Of a stretch of DNA of 64,000 nt, positions 53,590-63,113 are shown piece after piece. The notes beneath the pieces are model-generated. The model did no database searches. It had not been told where the DNA came from and saw only the letters and a program-made list of their open reading frames with translations. Made by a program: the position numbers and the translations under genes. Numbering within the stretch: position 1 is the stretch's first letter; every line of letters begins with the position of its first letter. The stretch spans positions 17,509-81,508 of the forward strand of contig CAMIWC010000004.1 in assembly GCA_946402315.1 (NCBI GenBank), read 5' to 3'. This DNA comes from an uncultured Clostridium sp. Lineage in GTDB: Bacteria; Bacillota_I; Bacilli_A; RF39; UBA660.

Positions 53590-54894
53590 ATGTCTTATAA
53601 TATTTTACCTGCTGACACTTATGTAGTCGTTAATAAGACTATTATTACAGAAGTAGATCGTCGAATTATAACTACTTTATATCAACCAATTATTGGTTCA
53701 CGTGCTACATCTTTATATTTTACTTTAGTAGATGATTTAAATAGAGATGAAATAATGTCTAAACAAGAAACGCATCATCATTTATTGTCTACTATGCAAA
53801 TAAAATTAGAGAATTTAGTTATAGCTCGTGAAAAATTAGAAGCCGTAGGTCTTCTTAAAACATATGTTAAAAAAGAAGATAATATAAATAGTTATGTTTA
53901 TATATTATATTCTCCTATGTCAGTAGAAGAATTTGTTAATCATCCTATATTAAATGTTGTTTTATATAATAATGTAGGAAAAAATGAATATAATAAGATT
54001 CTTAATTATTATAAAATGCCAAGAATAAGTCTTAAAGATTATGAAGATATTACTAGTAACTTTAATAGTGTATTTGGTAGTGTTAATGGAAGTATTAATA
54101 CTATTTCTGATGATATTGTTAATAAGACTAAAGAAGATATTAAACTTAGTAATGTTATAGATATGAATATGTTAATATCTAGTATTCCTTCTAATTTAGT
54201 ATCTGAAAGATGTTTTAATGATGAAGTTAAAGAACTAATTAATCAACTAGCATTTATTTATAAAATAGATGATATGAATATGCAAATGATAGTACGTAAT
54301 AGTATTAATGAAAAAGGACTTATTGATAAGAATGAATTAAGACTTAATTGTCGTAAGTATTATCAGTTTGAAAACGGTGGATCTCTACCTACATTAATTT
54401 ATGCTAAACAACCAGATTATTTAAAGAAACCATCTGGAGATACATCTAATAAAGCTAAGATTATATATACATTTGAAAATGTAAGTCCATATGATTATTT
54501 AAAGAGTAAATATAGTCATGGTGAACCTAGTGCTAGAGAATTAAAAATAATTGAAGAGTTAATGGTAGATTATAAGATGCCTCCTGGTGTAGTTAATGTA
54601 CTTATATCTTATGTATTAAAAGTAACTAATCAAAAGTTTATTAAAACATATGTAGATGCAGTTGCTTCTCAATGGTCTAGACTTAAGATTGAAACAGTAG
54701 AAGAAGCTATGGAAGTAGCTCAAAAAGAACACAATAAGCTAAAAGGAGTTATCAATAAGAATAGTACAACTAAGACTACTAAAACTAAAGATGTGGGTAC
54801 TTTACCTTCATGGTTTGATGAAAAACTAGATTCTAAAGAAATGTCTCCTGAAGAACAAAAAGAAATAGATGAGATGTTTAAAGAATTCAATTAG
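53590..54894 (+). CDS. Replication initiation/membrane attachment protein (Bacillus DnaB / DnaD-domain family)
   Basis: It has the N-terminal winged-helix-like region (RRIITTLYQPIIGSRATSLYFTL) and a C-terminal DnaD-like repeat region (MPPGVVNVLISYVL...VASQWSR). Confidence 0.7.
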   Translation: MSYNILPADTYVVVNKTIITEVDRRIITTLYQPIIGSRATSLYFTLVDDLNRDEIMSKQETHHHLLSTMQIKLENLVIAREKLEAVGLLKTYVKKEDNINSYVYILYSPMSVEEFVNHPILNVVLYNNVGKNEYNKILNYYKMPRISLKDYEDITSNFNSVFGSVNGSINTISDDIVNKTKEDIKLSNVIDMNMLISSIPSNLVSERCFNDEVKELINQLAFIYKIDDMNMQMIVRNSINEKGLIDKNELRLNCRKYYQFENGGSLPTLIYAKQPDYLKKPSGDTSNKAKIIYTFENVSPYDYLKSKYSHGEPSARELKIIEELMVDYKMPPGVVNVLISYVLKVTNQKFIKTYVDAVASQWSRLKIETVEEAMEVAQKEHNKLKGVINKNSTTKTTKTKDVGTLPSWFDEKLDSKEMSPEEQKEIDEMFKEFN

Positions 54895-54919
54895 TTTACA
54901 AATATATAATAATATGTTA

Positions 54920-55122
54920 AGATTATCTAGAAATCGCTGATTGAGATAAGTATATAAAATATAATATTTAGAGAGTTTGTGGTTGGTGAAAACAAATTAT
55001 TATTTTTATAGAAATCTACTCATGAGAGGAACTAATACTTCCCGGATCTAATCCGTTATTTAATTAAGAAAACAGAGGATGGTACCGTCTTAAGACTCCT
55101 TAAGACTACCATCTTTTTTATT
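54920..55122 (+). promoter_or_regulatory. T-box riboswitch leader (Ser specifier) controlling DUF1653-serS
   Basis: It has an AGAGA box (54970-), a GGTGAAA motif, a candidate specifier UCU followed by A (55015-55018), a T-box core AACAGAGGATGGTACCGTC (55071-55089), and a terminator GATGGTA...TACCATC plus T-run (55077-55120). Confidence 0.8.
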
Positions 55123-55135
55123 TTTGGAGGATGTT

Positions 55136-55393
55136 ATGAGAAAAATTAAAGTAGACAATTTATATAAACATTTTAAAGGGCATATGTATAGAGTAATTGC
55201 GATTGGATATAATACTGAAACTTATACCGATAATGATCCAAAAGCCTCGAGAATGGTAGTATATCAAAATATTGAAACTGATGAAGTATGGGTAAGACCA
55301 TATGATATGTTTAACTCTTTAGTTGATAAAGATAAATATCCAGAAATAAAACAAAAATATAGATTTGAAGAAATTAAGAAAGAAGGAAAATAA
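55136..55393 (+). CDS. DUF1653-family small protein
   Basis: YKHFKGHMYRVIAIG...MVVYQNIETDEVWVRPYDMF matches the Y-x-H-Y/F-K-G...VVY...RP...MF pattern of DUF1653 (from memory). The start is at 55136, behind a GGAGG SD. Confidence 0.7.
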   Translation: MRKIKVDNLYKHFKGHMYRVIAIGYNTETYTDNDPKASRMVVYQNIETDEVWVRPYDMFNSLVDKDKYPEIKQKYRFEEIKKEGK

Positions 55394-55394
55394 T

Positions 55395-56675
55395 ATGATA
55401 GATATTAAATTAATAAGAGAAAATAGAGATTTAGTAAAAGAAAATATTAAAAAGAAATTTCAAGATGAAAAATTACCATTAGTAGATGAAGTCTATGATA
55501 TGGATAAAGAAGTTCGTGAAGCTCAAACTAAAGCTGATAACTTAAAAGCAGATAAGAATAAAAAGTCTTCTGAAATTGGTGCCTTAATGAGAGATGGAAA
55601 AAAGGATGAAGCAGAAGAATTAAAGAAAAAGATTGCTGAAATGGGTAATGAGATTGCTGAACTAGAAGTAAAAAAAGAAGAATTAGATGCTAAAATTAAA
55701 GAACGTATGTTAGTAATTCCAAATATCATTGATGACTCAGTACCTATTGGTAAAGATGATACTGAAAATGTTGAAGTAGAACGTTTTGGAGATCCAATTG
55801 TTCCTTCATATGAAATACCATACCATGCTGATATTATTGAAGGATTAGGTGGAATGGATAAAGACGCTGCTGGAAGAACTAGTGGACAAGGATTTTACTA
55901 TCTTTTAGGAGATGTAGCACGTCTACACGAAGCTATGATTGCTTATGGAAGAGATTATATGATTGATCATGGATTTACTTATGCAATACCTCCGTTTATG
56001 ATTCATGCTGATGTTGTAACTGGAGTTATGTCTTTTCCTGAAATGGAAGCTATGATGTATAAAATTGAAAATGAAGACTTATACTTAATTGGTACATCAG
56101 AACACTCTATGATAGGTAGATTTAAAGATCAAATTCTAGATAAATTACCTATTACTATGACATCTTACTCTCCATGCTTTAGAAAAGAAGGTGGAAGTCA
56201 CGGACTAGAAGAAAGAGGGCTTTATCGTGTACACCAATTTGAAAAACAAGAAATGATAGTTGTTTGTGAATCAGAAGAATCAATGGACTGGTATGAAAAA
56301 ATGTGGAGATTTACTGTTGAAATATTTAGAAATATGAATATTCCAGTAAGACAACTTGAATGTTGTAGTGGAGATTTGGCTGACTTAAAAGTTAAATCTT
56401 GTGATGTTGAAGCGTGGTCTCCTCGTCAACAAAAGTATTTTGAAGTAGCATCATGTTCTAATTTAGGAGATGCTCAAGCAAGACGTCTTGGTATTCGTAA
56501 AAAAGGTGAAAAAGGAACTTATTTCTTACACACTTTAAATAATACTGTAGTAGCAACTCCTCGTGGACTTATTGCTTTAATTGAAAATAATTATAATGCT
56601 GATGGTAGTGTTACTATTCCAGAAGTATTAAGACCATATATGGGTGGAAAAGAAGTAATAGAACCAATAAAATAA
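55395..56675 (+). CDS. serS: Serine--tRNA ligase
   Basis: It has an N-terminal coiled-coil arm and class II motifs (FRKEGGSHG, RVHQFEKQE, TLNNTVVATPR). The start is at ATG 55395. Confidence 0.95.
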   Translation: MIDIKLIRENRDLVKENIKKKFQDEKLPLVDEVYDMDKEVREAQTKADNLKADKNKKSSEIGALMRDGKKDEAEELKKKIAEMGNEIAELEVKKEELDAKIKERMLVIPNIIDDSVPIGKDDTENVEVERFGDPIVPSYEIPYHADIIEGLGGMDKDAAGRTSGQGFYYLLGDVARLHEAMIAYGRDYMIDHGFTYAIPPFMIHADVVTGVMSFPEMEAMMYKIENEDLYLIGTSEHSMIGRFKDQILDKLPITMTSYSPCFRKEGGSHGLEERGLYRVHQFEKQEMIVVCESEESMDWYEKMWRFTVEIFRNMNIPVRQLECCSGDLADLKVKSCDVEAWSPRQQKYFEVASCSNLGDAQARRLGIRKKGEKGTYFLHTLNNTVVATPRGLIALIENNYNADGSVTIPEVLRPYMGGKEVIEPIK

Positions 56676-56750
56676 AGGCTTATATAAAGCCTTTTTTTAT
56701 TTGTATTTAAAAAAATATAATCTTTTGATAAAATGATTATGGTGATAAAT

Positions 56751-57314
56751 ATGAAAACTATTATCAAAGTATTTTTATTTTTATTAATAATTATATTTAT
56801 TATTTTTGTAGGACTATATTTTTATCAAAAAGAAGAAATAGAAGAACCTAAATTAAAAGAAGAGATTAATTATATGGATTATACTAGTTATGATAGGAAT
56901 TTTACTATTAGGACATCTAAAGAATGGAAAGAAGTAAAAGACAAGTACTCTTTAAATAAAGATGCTATTTTAGAACTATATAATGAAAAAGATAATGCTT
57001 ATTTCTTATTAGTTATTAATCCTAAATTAGATTATAAAAATTATTATAATTCATATAAGAACGAAGTATTTAAGCAAAAAGAAGAACAATATAAAATTAA
57101 AATAGATGAAATAAAAAAAGTTACAGTTAATGACTATGAATGGCAATACATAGATTTTAATTATGTTAATAACAATATTAATACATATATTAGATCTTAT
57201 GCTATTGAAACAACTAATTATTACGGACAAATAATAATGTGGACTGTTGCTAGTAATGAAAAAAAACTAGCTAATGAATTTGATTATCTTATTAAAAATT
57301 TCAGGGAAGTTTAA
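56751..57314 (+). CDS. Hypothetical protein with an N-terminal membrane anchor
   Basis: It has a signal-anchor helix and a GGTGAT SD. I recognised no family. Confidence 0.5.
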   Translation: MKTIIKVFLFLLIIIFIIFVGLYFYQKEEIEEPKLKEEINYMDYTSYDRNFTIRTSKEWKEVKDKYSLNKDAILELYNEKDNAYFLLVINPKLDYKNYYNSYKNEVFKQKEEQYKIKIDEIKKVTVNDYEWQYIDFNYVNNNINTYIRSYAIETTNYYGQIIMWTVASNEKKLANEFDYLIKNFREV

Positions 57315-57346
57315 ATGCATGTTATAATATTAATATAGGAGGATAT

Positions 57347-58291
57347 ATGGAACGTATAAAAGTATTTTTTAGTTATATATTAACTATTATTTTTACAATA
57401 GCTTTAACATATATTGTAATTAATAGTTTTTTATATACCTCTATTAATTATAAAAATATAAATAAATCTTTAACTAAAAACAGAATTAATTATTTAGCTG
57501 TTGGAAAAGTAGAAGTAGATGACGAATTATATAATTTTTTAGATTTAGATGATATTATTAATGATTATGTCGCTAATAAAACTATTTATGAATTAGGAAT
57601 GGCTGATAATGATCCTAGAGTAGATAGAGATTTAGTTAACAAAAAAATTAAAATAGGATTAGATGCTTATATCACTTATCGAATTGAAAACTATGAAGGT
57701 GGATTGAGTGGAGTTCTAGACGAATTTGGAGTTAATGCAGAAATTAAAAGAACTGTTATTGAAGAATTATCTAAAAAATATAATATTGATTATGAAAATA
57801 TTGAATTTATTAAACAAAGTGATTTAGATAATTTTTATAAAAGTGTAGATGATGGTATAAAGAATCATAAAAAATATTTAGATGTAGTTAAAGTTCTAAC
57901 AAATAAAGAATATAAAAAACTAGCAATCATCATATTGGTAATATCTCTTATCTTACTAGCAATCGTAAACTTTAATATAATCGCAGTATTTACTTATACT
58001 ATTGTTCCTTTAATAATTAATATAGTTCTACAAGCAATTATCTTATTAGCTTCTAGTAATATTAATTTTACTGGTACTGATTATGCTAATCTATTAAATG
58101 ATTTAATGCATTATTTCTTTGTAACTTCTATTGAATTTATTGTAGTTTTAGGAGTAATCTTGTTTATAGATGCATTTATCTATTTAATTATTAAAAATAT
58201 TAATATAGAAAAGTCTCATAAAAAAGGTAAAGCAACTCTAGATACACTTTTCGATGATTATGACAAGGATCGAACAGATGAAATTAGTTAG
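57347..58291 (+). CDS. Hypothetical membrane protein (1 N-terminal and about 3 C-terminal TM helices)
   Basis: The hydrophobicity pattern supports a membrane protein, and an AGGAGG SD is present. Confidence 0.5.
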   Translation: MERIKVFFSYILTIIFTIALTYIVINSFLYTSINYKNINKSLTKNRINYLAVGKVEVDDELYNFLDLDDIINDYVANKTIYELGMADNDPRVDRDLVNKKIKIGLDAYITYRIENYEGGLSGVLDEFGVNAEIKRTVIEELSKKYNIDYENIEFIKQSDLDNFYKSVDDGIKNHKKYLDVVKVLTNKEYKKLAIIILVISLILLAIVNFNIIAVFTYTIVPLIINIVLQAIILLASSNINFTGTDYANLLNDLMHYFFVTSIEFIVVLGVILFIDAFIYLIIKNINIEKSHKKGKATLDTLFDDYDKDRTDEIS

Positions 58292-58685
58292 TAATGACTT
58301 AAAGGAAATTGGTACTCTTTTAAATAAATTAAGAAAAGATGCTTATATAGATATTTATAAAGAAACTGAGTTCTTATCGATAGGATATTTAGTTGATAAA
58401 GACTTAAATTTATATAAATATGCAGATAGTCTTAAGTTCTCTAATGATACTCATAATTTTGGGCATTTTATAGAACTATTTAAAAATTCTAAGAAATTAG
58501 ATTATAATAGTATTAAGACCTATTTATTAGATGAATTAAAAATAATTGAAAAAGAGTATTTAGATGATCGTAATGAAGAATTAAATACAATTGAATTAAT
58601 TAGTATTGAATCTAATGAATGTGAGTTTAATAATAGTATTTTATTTAATGAAATAGAGATAAAATTATTAGAAAGTGAGAGATAA
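58254..58685 (+). CDS. Hypothetical protein (start uncertain: 58254, 58260 or 58278)
   Basis: The ORF overlaps the end of the upstream gene. I recognised no family. Confidence 0.4.
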   Translation: MIMTRIEQMKLVSNDLKEIGTLLNKLRKDAYIDIYKETEFLSIGYLVDKDLNLYKYADSLKFSNDTHNFGHFIELFKNSKKLDYNSIKTYLLDELKIIEKEYLDDRNEELNTIELISIESNECEFNNSILFNEIEIKLLESER

Positions 58686-58686
58686 A

Positions 58687-59691
58687 ATGAAAGTTCTTTT
58701 ATATACAGAAGGATATAGATTAATTAATAAGAGTGGGTTGGGTAAAGCTATTGAACATCAAAAGAAAGCTTTAGAATATGCAGGAGTAGAATATACTACT
58801 GATGAGAAAGATGATAGTTATGATATCTTACATATTAATACATACTTTCCTGGAAGTTATTTAATGGCTAAAAAAGCTAAAAAACAAGGTAAGAAAGTAG
58901 TATATCATGCTCATTCTACAGAGGAAGACTTTAAAGATGGATTTATTCTTTCTAGACAAGTTTCAGCTCATTTTAAAAAATGGCTTATTAAATGTTATAG
59001 TTTAGGAGATGTATTAATTACTCCTACAGATTATGCTAAGAGAATCATTGAAAAATACGAAGGTTTAGAAGATAAAAAGATTTATCCTATATCCAATGGT
59101 ATTGAAATAGAATATTTTAAAAAAGATAAAGAAGCTGGTAAAAGATTTAGAAGAGATTATAACATTGGTAAGAATGAAAAAGTTATAATTGGTATTGGAC
59201 TATATATTGAAAGAAAAGGTATTGTAGACTTTGTAGAATTAGCTCGTCGTATGCCTGAGTATAAGTTCATTTGGTTTGGATATAGTCCATTATCAGCAGC
59301 TACAAAACCAGTTAAAGAAGCAGTATCTACTAAATTAGATAATTTATTATTTGCTGGATATGTAGAAAGTTCTGTTATTAAAGAAGCTATGAATGGATGC
59401 GACCTATATATATTCCCAACATTTGAAGAAACAGAAGGTATTCCAATAATTGAAGCTTGTGCTTGTGAAACAAATGCTATTGTAAGAGATATTCCTATCT
59501 TTGAAGGATGGCTTGAAGATGGTGTTAATGTTTATAAAGCTAAAGATGTAGATGACTTTGAGAAAAAGATTAAAGCATTCTTAAATGGAGAACTAAAATC
59601 AGTTACTAAAGCAGGAAGAAAAGTAGCTGAAGAAAGAGACTTAAGAATTATAGGTAAAAAACTAAAGGCAGTATATGAAGACTTAATGTAA
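58687..59691 (+). CDS. GT4-family (GT-B) glycosyltransferase, possibly a glycolipid synthase
   Basis: It begins MKVLLYTEGY and has an E-x7-E region (FEETEGIPIIEACACE). The substrate cannot be read from the sequence. Confidence 0.75.
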   Translation: MKVLLYTEGYRLINKSGLGKAIEHQKKALEYAGVEYTTDEKDDSYDILHINTYFPGSYLMAKKAKKQGKKVVYHAHSTEEDFKDGFILSRQVSAHFKKWLIKCYSLGDVLITPTDYAKRIIEKYEGLEDKKIYPISNGIEIEYFKKDKEAGKRFRRDYNIGKNEKVIIGIGLYIERKGIVDFVELARRMPEYKFIWFGYSPLSAATKPVKEAVSTKLDNLLFAGYVESSVIKEAMNGCDLYIFPTFEETEGIPIIEACACETNAIVRDIPIFEGWLEDGVNVYKAKDVDDFEKKIKAFLNGELKSVTKAGRKVAEERDLRIIGKKLKAVYEDLM

Positions 59692-59748
59692 TATATTGTC
59701 TTTTAATTTAAAAAAAGATATAATTACAAGAGAAAAGAGAGTGATACA

Positions 59749-60069
59749 ATGAATATGCAATTTATCCAATATGCTGCGATTTTAGTTATTATTTTAATAA
59801 TTTTATTAGCGGTATTAAAAGCAGGAAAAAAAGATGCACACTTAGAACTAAATAAGTTAGTAGATTATTTAGGTGGAAAAGATAATATTCTTAATACTGA
59901 GACTAATATGTCTAGATTTATAGTTACATTAAAAGATGTATCTATAGTTAATAAAGAAGGTATTCAAAAACTAGGTGCTAAAGGTATTGTTGAAATAGAT
60001 AATCAATTAAAAATAATTCTTGGAGAAAATTCTAAACAATTAAAGAAATATATAGATGAATTAAAATAG
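59749..60069 (+). CDS. Membrane-anchored PTS EIIB(Glc)-like domain protein lacking the phospho-Cys
   Basis: One TM helix is followed by LVDYLGGKDNILNTETNMSRFIVTLKD...LGAKGIVEIDNQLKIILG. This aligns with the EIIB consensus ...LGGxxNI....C-x-T-R-L-R..., with Asn in place of the active-site Cys. Confidence 0.55.
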   Translation: MNMQFIQYAAILVIILIILLAVLKAGKKDAHLELNKLVDYLGGKDNILNTETNMSRFIVTLKDVSIVNKEGIQKLGAKGIVEIDNQLKIILGENSKQLKKYIDELK

Positions 60070-60077
60070 GAGTTATT

Positions 60078-60734
60078 ATGAATAAAAAGATTGGTTTATT
60101 AATATTTTTAGTACTTATATTAACTGGATGTAAAGCAAACTACGTTTTAGAATACGAAAATGGTACATTTACTGAACATTTAGAATTTATAAGTAGTGCT
60201 GATACTTATATAGAAGATGAAGGGCATCCATCATACGAAGCATTAAAAGAGAATAATGTTTCTGCTGTTAATGATGGAAGTGAAAAATGGTCAGTAGATC
60301 ATGGTAGTAGTAAATATGATATAAAGATATCTCATACATTAGAGAATACTACTTTAAACGATATTACTCTTCCAGGAGAATGTTTTGCACATCATACTTA
60401 TAAAGAAAACAATAATACAATATATTATTCCGCATTCGGAGATTTTAGTTGTGACTATTTAGATGAAGGTAGTACTTTTACTTTAGTAACAAGTGCTAAA
60501 GTATTAGATAGTAATGCAACTTCTAAAGAAAACAATAAATATATTTGGGATTTAAGTGACGAAAAAGTTAGAAAAGATGGTATTTCTTTCCAAATATTAA
60601 AAGAATCTAAGGAAAAAGATATGAATAAGAATAGAAGTGCTGATCTTATTCCTTGGTATGTAAAATTTATAATTTCTATAATATTTATTGCTGTTATAAT
60701 GGGGACAGTAATATATATGAGAAATCGTAGTTAG
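60078..60734 (+). CDS. Lipoprotein with an additional C-terminal TM anchor (paralog of 27663-28289)
   Basis: It has the lipobox ILTGC, a C-terminal helix (YVKFIISIIFIAVIMGTVIYM), and an N-terminal motif shared with the paralog (CKANYVLEYENGTFTE). Confidence 0.7.
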   Translation: MNKKIGLLIFLVLILTGCKANYVLEYENGTFTEHLEFISSADTYIEDEGHPSYEALKENNVSAVNDGSEKWSVDHGSSKYDIKISHTLENTTLNDITLPGECFAHHTYKENNNTIYYSAFGDFSCDYLDEGSTFTLVTSAKVLDSNATSKENNKYIWDLSDEKVRKDGISFQILKESKEKDMNKNRSADLIPWYVKFIISIIFIAVIMGTVIYMRNRS

Positions 60735-60744
60735 GAGGTAAGTT

Positions 60745-61716
60745 ATGTTTTTAAAAGCATGTACTGATTCAAAGTATCTATCTACTATTTTATTTTCAAA
60801 AAGATTTATAGAAATTATTTCTATGGTTGTACCAATTGCTTTGATATTAACTGTTGCAATTACATTATTTAAAATAGTAACTGATGATGATATGAAAAAC
60901 TATAAATCTCATTTAAAGAGTATTTATGGTAGAACAATTGCTGCAGTATTAGTATTCTTTACTCCAACAATTGTCAACGTATTAACATTAGCTTTAGGTA
61001 CTAATGTAGTAACAAGTAGTGAGTGTTGGAAAAATGCTAATCCTACTACCATAAAAGTGTACCAAGAAGCAGAAAAACAACAAGAAGAAGCAGAGGCTGC
61101 TAAACTAAAAGCAGAAAAAGAAAAAGCTGATGAAGAGAGAAAAGTATTAGAAGCAACTAGAGAAGCTGCAAGAGCTAAAAATGAAGATCAAAGTGAAGAA
61201 GCTAAGCAAAGAGCTTTAGCGGCATCTGAAGAAGCTAGTTGGGCTGGTACAGGTACTGCTAGCGCTACTGCTGCTGAATTAATTCGTGTTGCTTTATCAA
61301 AAGTTGGAATTAAAGGAAGACCAAATGAAATAACTAGAGGTTATGGAGCAATTGGAGGTAGTTATGATTATCACTGGTGTGCTGCCTTTGTTTGGTACGT
61401 ATCTAGTTTATCTGGAGTATATCCTGAAAAGGTTCCTCATAAGACAGCTGGAGTTCAATCATATATGTCTTATTTCAAAGGAAAAGGACAATATCAAATC
61501 TCTGCTGGTCATGGAGGTACTTATGTTCCTAAAATGGGAGATTATATTTTCTTCGATTGGGAAGGTAATGCTTATGACGGAGACCACATTGGTATTGTAA
61601 AGACTGTAGAAGGGGGAGAAGTATTAACTATTGAAGGAAACTCTAATGATTCAGTTGCTGAAAGACATTACAGTTTAACAAATCGAAATGTCATTGGATA
61701 TGGTGTATGGGAATAA
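60745..61716 (+). CDS. Membrane-anchored CHAP-domain peptidoglycan hydrolase (paralog of 26635-27654 in its N-terminal module)
   Basis: The N-terminal two-TM module (MFLKACTDSKYLSTILFSKRFIEIISMVVP...ECWKNAN) is followed by an E/K/A coiled coil and a CHAP domain with Cys (YHWCAAFVWY) and His (GDHIGIV). Confidence 0.8.
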   Translation: MFLKACTDSKYLSTILFSKRFIEIISMVVPIALILTVAITLFKIVTDDDMKNYKSHLKSIYGRTIAAVLVFFTPTIVNVLTLALGTNVVTSSECWKNANPTTIKVYQEAEKQQEEAEAAKLKAEKEKADEERKVLEATREAARAKNEDQSEEAKQRALAASEEASWAGTGTASATAAELIRVALSKVGIKGRPNEITRGYGAIGGSYDYHWCAAFVWYVSSLSGVYPEKVPHKTAGVQSYMSYFKGKGQYQISAGHGGTYVPKMGDYIFFDWEGNAYDGDHIGIVKTVEGGEVLTIEGNSNDSVAERHYSLTNRNVIGYGVWE

Positions 61717-61774
61717 CTAAGTTATTCCTTTTTCTTTTTGTAATTTTATATTATAATTTTTAATAGGTGATAGT

Positions 61775-62506
61775 ATGGATATATTATTAGCAATTCTTCC
61801 TACAATAATATTAGGATCTTATATCTATAAAAAAGATATTGTTGAAAAGGAACCAAAGAAATTATTAGTTATATTATTTTTATGTGGTTTCTTATCTGCA
61901 ATAACTACTTTAGTTCTTACTGCAGTTGTTCAATCTATATTTCCTATATTTTCTAAAAATTATGAATCATTAGATATGATTTCTTTAATGGTTTATGTCT
62001 TTTTTGGAATTGCTTTAATAGAAGAATTCTCTAAATGGATTTATATCTATGCTGTATGTTGGAATCATAAAGAATTTAATTATGCATATGACGCAATAGT
62101 ATATGCTGTATTTGTTTCGTTAGGATTTGCTACTATTGAAAATATTTTATATGTCTTAATAGGAGGAAGTAGAATAGCTTTCTTAAGAATGTTCTCGGCA
62201 GTACCAGCTCATGCTTTCTTTGGGGTTCTAATGGGTTATTATTTAGCTTTATCTAAATTAAGTCATATTCATAATTTTCATGAAAAAAGTAAAGTATATA
62301 AAATAAGAAGTTTATTTGTACCAGCTACTTGTCATTTTATTTATGATTATTTAGCTTTTGCTGGTTTAGATGCATTATTCTATATATTTATAATATTCTT
62401 ATATATCTATGCTTTATCAAAAGTTAAAAGATTATCTAAAGTTACGAAAGGATTATTTAATAGTGAAGGAGAAGTATATGGAAAATTTGGTGTTAACAAA
62501 ACTTGA
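61775..62506 (+). CDS. PrsW-family intramembrane metalloprotease
   Basis: It is a multi-TM protein with EEFSKW and PAHAFFG motifs. Confidence 0.7.
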   Translation: MDILLAILPTIILGSYIYKKDIVEKEPKKLLVILFLCGFLSAITTLVLTAVVQSIFPIFSKNYESLDMISLMVYVFFGIALIEEFSKWIYIYAVCWNHKEFNYAYDAIVYAVFVSLGFATIENILYVLIGGSRIAFLRMFSAVPAHAFFGVLMGYYLALSKLSHIHNFHEKSKVYKIRSLFVPATCHFIYDYLAFAGLDALFYIFIIFLYIYALSKVKRLSKVTKGLFNSEGEVYGKFGVNKT

Positions 62507-63071
62507 AAAATTAGCAATACTTTTTATCACAACATGGATATTTTTAATTTTTAGAAATAGATTAGTTATTATAGATAATGTAGTTTATCTATTTTTAATC
62601 GGATTTAAAAGTCCTATTGTAACTGGTATTATTAAGACAATGACTTATTTAGGTAGCGCTTATGTATTAATACCTTTAGCTATTCTTTCTTTTTTTATTG
62701 TTAAAAATAAAAAGATTAATTATTTAATTACTATAAATCTAATCTTATCTTTTTTATGTAACCAAATTTTAAAGAGAGTATTTAGAAGAAGTAGACCAAT
62801 ATTTACTCATTTAGTAAAAGAATCTGGTTTTAGTTTTCCTTCAGGACATGCAATGGTATCTTTTTGCTTTTATGGATTAATTATTTATTTAATTCACAAG
62901 AGTAATTTAAATAATAAAAAGACTTATGAATTATTATTATCATTAATAATTTTTATAATAGGATTAACCAGAATATATTTAGGCGTACATTTCTTTAGTG
63001 ATATTATAGGTGGTTTTGTATTTGGTTTATTATACTTATCTCTATTTATAAGACATTTAAAGTTGAAATAA
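62478..63071 (+). CDS. PAP2-family phosphatase (undecaprenyl-diphosphatase/BcrC-like)
   Basis: It has the PAP2 motifs KRVFRRSRP, PSGH and SRIYLGVHFFSD. The start is set at 62478, behind a GGAG SD. Confidence 0.8.
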   Translation: MENLVLTKLEKLAILFITTWIFLIFRNRLVIIDNVVYLFLIGFKSPIVTGIIKTMTYLGSAYVLIPLAILSFFIVKNKKINYLITINLILSFLCNQILKRVFRRSRPIFTHLVKESGFSFPSGHAMVSFCFYGLIIYLIHKSNLNNKKTYELLLSLIIFIIGLTRIYLGVHFFSDIIGGFVFGLLYLSLFIRHLKLK

Positions 63072-63113
63072 GATAATAATAGTGATAAGATTATAGCATT
63101 TGGAGGTTTATCT

